Shown piece by piece: positions 34,409 to 36,872 of a DNA stretch of 36,872 nucleotides. The notes beneath the pieces were generated by a model that did not search any database, had not been told where the DNA came from, and saw only the letters and a program-made list of their open reading frames with translations. Source of the DNA: a virus. Taxonomy: Duplodnaviria > Caudoviricetes. Location: positions 1-36,872 of IMG/VR virus record IMGVR_UViG_3300032272_000042. One strand, written 5' to 3'. Every line of letters starts with the position of its first letter. The stretch's first letter is position 1. Made by a program: the position numbers and the translations under genes.

Positions 34409-34429
34409 TAAAACGAGGGATTTTAAGAT

Positions 34430-34627
34430 ATGGCAAAATACATAGTTTACGCGGTGGCTTCCGCGTCTTGGGTTCTTGGCGAGTATGAAGCGTCAAGCAA
34501 AGAGGAGGCCGAAAAAATGGCAGAAGACGACGATAAGGCTGAATGGATACAAAGCCTCTGCCACCAATGTGCAAGTAATGTGGAACTAGGCGATTGCTAT
34601 AAAGTAGAAGTTGAAGAAACCGAGTAA
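34430..34627 (+). CDS. Small hypothetical protein (EASSKEEA motif)
   Basis: GAGG RBS; LGEYEA.SKEEA and LCHQC motifs. Confidence 0.55.
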   Translation: MAKYIVYAVASASWVLGEYEASSKEEAEKMAEDDDKAEWIQSLCHQCASNVELGDCYKVEVEETE

Positions 34628-34644
34628 CTTAGGGAGGCTTATAG

Positions 34645-35211
34645 TTACTTCGTAAGCTTGTCCACTATAGCTGTAAGCATTCCGATCTTGGGTTCTTGAC
34701 CAGCAGCAACAGCCTTGTCGTTTGACCGTTCTTTGATATACACACCGCACATTGCCGCCGCAACAGACTGTGGTATTGATATGGCGGCACAAAGAGCCAC
34801 AAAGTTGTCCATCTGCGCTGGGGCGGTTAGCACAATGACCGAACCCAATACAATCTCCAAGACAACAGACGAACTAATCGCCCAAAGCAGGGACGGACGC
34901 GCACGACTGATAAACGGGTCTTCAGATTTGATCTCTTCACGCATTGTCTTCTGGGTTTCGACCAGCCGAACTGTGTCGTTCTCAATCGCCATTTTCTGTA
35001 ACGCTTCTTTGTGCGTCAGTTCCAATTCCTTAATACGCACAAGTGCGTCAGGATCAGCAGCTATAGCCGCGCTCACAGCGTCCTCAGTAGGATCAACACC
35101 TAATTCACCAGCTACGAGCTTCAGCGCAGCGAGACCAGCCCCCACGGGACCACCAGCAAGCAACCCACCAATGACAGGCGCAGCTTTAGATATGATGTCT
35201 GAAAGGTTCAT
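34645..35211 (-). CDS. Holin (3TM/GTA-holin-like) with N-terminal Gly/Ala and coiled-coil region
   Basis: APVIGGLLAGGPVGA, coiled coil, D.FISRARP followed by two TM helices and RS.DK; adjacent to the endolysin. Confidence 0.7.
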   Translation of the reverse strand: MNLSDIISKAAPVIGGLLAGGPVGAGLAALKLVAGELGVDPTEDAVSAAIAADPDALVRIKELELTHKEALQKMAIENDTVRLVETQKTMREEIKSEDPFISRARPSLLWAISSSVVLEIVLGSVIVLTAPAQMDNFVALCAAISIPQSVAAAMCGVYIKERSNDKAVAAGQEPKIGMLTAIVDKLTK

Positions 35212-35213
35212 TT

Positions 35214-35630
35214 TTACCACCGATCCTCTGAAAATAGGGCTGCAATACGGTTAGCTCGTTCGCCAACCTGATCGGCCCAACGACTATCTAAACATTGCTC
35301 GGCTGCTTCTTTTCCATTTCCGGCTTCAAGAGCAGCAAGCATCTTTTTAAATTTAAGCAACCTCGGCAGTCCAAGATTAAAGAGCATATTAGCCAAGCCT
35401 CGGCCTTGCTTCTCGTTAAGGTCTTTCCACCACGGCATGGCTTGGTCAAGTTCATCGGTCACTCGTTTAATATCGTTGGCGCACAGCATTTCAGCTTCGT
35501 TCTGAGTGATGCCCAAGTCGTCAAGGTTACGCCCGATACCAATGGTCAGCTTTCCAGCCGTACATTTATAGGGCTTTAAACGAAGCCCCTCATCCATAAC
35601 TAAGTCTTGAATTAATTTAGCTTTGTTCAT
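35214..35630 (-). CDS. Endolysin, T4-lysozyme-like (GH24)
   Basis: DEGLRLKPYKCTAGKLTIGIGRNL catalytic E..C..T motif, NMLFNLG, DSRWADQVGERA. Confidence 0.93.
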   Translation of the reverse strand: MNKAKLIQDLVMDEGLRLKPYKCTAGKLTIGIGRNLDDLGITQNEAEMLCANDIKRVTDELDQAMPWWKDLNEKQGRGLANMLFNLGLPRLLKFKKMLAALEAGNGKEAAEQCLDSRWADQVGERANRIAALFSEDRW

Positions 35631-35953
35631 TTGCAGTCCCTACATTTTTCAAGCATTTTGTTTGTGTCGCGCCGAAGATACTCGATGTCTTTTGCCATGT
35701 TCGCCTGTTTGACTGTGTGTTCCGCAACGGCCTCTGGTCTGAGCATGCTGGATATGACCGACATTTTCTGCTCGACAAGCCCGAGCCGCTCTTTAACATC
35801 TTCAAGCCGTGTCCATACGGCTTTCATCTCATCGCGCTGCTCTTCATCAGCTTTGCGTAACTCGCCAACTTGATAGCGCAATAAGTACCACGCGCCGATA
35901 ATAGACGTGAACACACCGCCTAATGTTATCAGGTTGGAAGTGCTGAAGTCCAT
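35627..35953 (-). CDS. TM + coiled-coil lysis-region protein (allele B)
   Basis: N-terminal TM and long heptad pattern; overlaps the endolysin start. Confidence 0.7.
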   Translation of the reverse strand: MDFSTSNLITLGGVFTSIIGAWYLLRYQVGELRKADEEQRDEMKAVWTRLEDVKERLGLVEQKMSVISSMLRPEAVAEHTVKQANMAKDIEYLRRDTNKMLEKCRDCK

Positions 35954-36301
35954 CTAGCCTCCCACCTGTGTTTTCCACATATAAGCAATTATACCAACCA
36001 GCACCAGAAGTGTGCCGACTAGCGCCGCCTTAACCCAGCTATCAATCCGACCATGCACACGCGAGGACGAGCTTTCAATCTTTAGCGAAAGAACTTCCAT
36101 CTTGTCCATAATACGATCTGTTGAATTACCTACCTTCTCATTCAGGTTTGACATAGAGGCACGTGTTTCAATCTCAAACAGCTTCTGGGCTTCACGTATG
36201 CTATCCAAGGATTTCTCCATGTGATCCTGCCTTGTGACCACTGTGGCAAGTGTTGTGTCTAGGACGCTTACGTCTTTGCAAGGCGAAGAGTGATCTGGCA
36301 T
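35954..36301 (-). CDS. Coiled coil + C-terminal TM protein (XhlA/holin-like topology), allele B cassette
   Basis: Probable start MPDHSSPCK at 36301 (same RBS context as 505); C-terminal AALVGTLLVLVGIIAYMW. Confidence 0.65.
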   Translation of the reverse strand: MPDHSSPCKDVSVLDTTLATVVTRQDHMEKSLDSIREAQKLFEIETRASMSNLNEKVGNSTDRIMDKMEVLSLKIESSSSRVHGRIDSWVKAALVGTLLVLVGIIAYMWKTQVGG

Positions 36302-36317
36302 TGTGATTAAGACCCTT

Positions 36318-36713
36318 TTAAATTGTGTTATAGACCAAGGCGAGGAATATACCGAATACGCCGCCCAACCAGATTTCTCCGTAGGCAGACCATCCATCTA
36401 ATACGGGTGGCTTAGTTGGTAGTTTGTCTTTGAGTTTCCATGCAATGACATAACCCCAGTATCCGGGATGCCAGAACTTGAAACCGTCCTTTTCAGGGTG
36501 ATACTTATGCGCAGGAAGGAAATAGATCGCAGCGAAAGCCAACAGCCCCACCGTCCATAAGATAGCGTCAACATGGAAGCCAGTTACGCAATACACTGAG
36601 CCGATAATAGCAACGCCAGCAACAGCGACCTTAGCCCAGCGTGGGCCAGAGCTGCCAAGGCCAAGCCACCTACGCCAGATTGCCCAGAAGGCTATGGAGA
36701 GTGCATATATCAT
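36318..36713 (-). CDS. Multi-pass membrane protein (intact allele B)
   Basis: Several hydrophobic Trp-rich helices; RRWLG.G and GE...GG motifs. Confidence 0.65.
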   Translation of the reverse strand: MIYALSIAFWAIWRRWLGLGSSGPRWAKVAVAGVAIIGSVYCVTGFHVDAILWTVGLLAFAAIYFLPAHKYHPEKDGFKFWHPGYWGYVIAWKLKDKLPTKPPVLDGWSAYGEIWLGGVFGIFLALVYNTI

Positions 36714-36727
36714 GGCTTGTGTACTTC

Positions 36728-36872
36728 CTACAAAATCAAGCCAGAAGGGACGGCTAACACTAACTCGTCAGGTGTCGCCGCCGCCTCAATAGAAGGGTCT
36801 TGTGGAGCGTTGCGTAATTCGTCTCGTCTAGCTTTTGCTTTAGCCAACAATACAGTATCACCATTTACTTGA
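36728..36872 (-). CDS. 3' end of tail-fibre-associated protein, second copy of 653..797
   Basis: Matches 653-797 with four synonymous changes near the stop. Confidence 0.9.
   Translation of the reverse strand, partial: QVNGDTVLLAKAKARRDELRNAPQDPSIEAAATPDELVLAVPSGLIL

Larger units (their letters stand above)
33783..34418 (+). repeat. Intergenic repeat AACGAGG(CTCA(GAGAGCC)), four copies, each directly after a stop codon
   Basis: Full 18-mer at 33783-33800 and 34196-34213; 11-mer at 34037-34047; 7-mer at 34412-34418. Confidence 0.85.
35786..36872. repeat. Right terminal copy (allele B) of locus 1-797
   Basis: 1087 bp vs 797 bp; the 290-bp difference = 277-bp deletion + 2-bp indel + 11-bp cassette length difference. 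Confidence 0.97.

Noticed and set aside
33783-34418. CRISPR array
   Set aside because: Repeats are 18 bp or shorter and degenerate, spacers are 150-250 bp and protein-coding, and there is no cas operon; the Cas4-like nuclease is an ordinary phage replication-region gene.
34623-34649. Bidirectional terminator at the convergence of early and lysis operons
   Set aside because: Only a 7-bp AT-rich stem (AGTAACT/AGTTACT) with a 13-nt loop and no U-tracts.
35954-36397. 147-aa version of the allele B cassette gene
   Set aside because: The upstream 32 codons overlap the membrane gene; allele A comparison places the shared RBS and start at 36301.

Overview
This window is an apparently complete, circularly permuted genome (about 35.8-36.1 kb unit) of a short-tailed, P22-like-architecture dsDNA phage. 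The host is probably an alphaproteobacterium, inferred from the Cro-like and replication gene types. The minus strand carries replication genes (Cro-like HTH, RuvC-like resolvase, PD-(D/E)XK nuclease, SSB-like protein, primase-helicase with an iteron origin) and the late operon: terS/terL, portal, a 4-kb head insert, scaffold, MCP, decoration proteins, adaptor, HNH, tail hub, three ejection proteins, tail fibre and lysis genes. The plus strand (28.3-34.6 kb) is an array of small early genes, including a C5-methyltransferase-like gene and a Lar-like gene. No integrase, CI repressor, DNA polymerase or RT was recognised. Four observations stand out. (1) A Gly-rich head-region protein ends in a complete mini-intein/Hint domain whose entire C-extein is one Cys followed by a stop, and the gene has its own predicted promoter. 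(2) Several single accessory genes are bracketed by 14-26-bp direct repeats that duplicate the stop/RBS/start junction, and there is also a palindrome-bearing cassette array. (3) The two window ends are two different alleles of one lysis-region locus, with a precise non-homologous gene swap and a 277-bp microhomology deletion. (4) A conserved GUGA-loop hairpin precedes three structural genes. All functional calls come from motif recognition and synteny by eye; no database searches were run.
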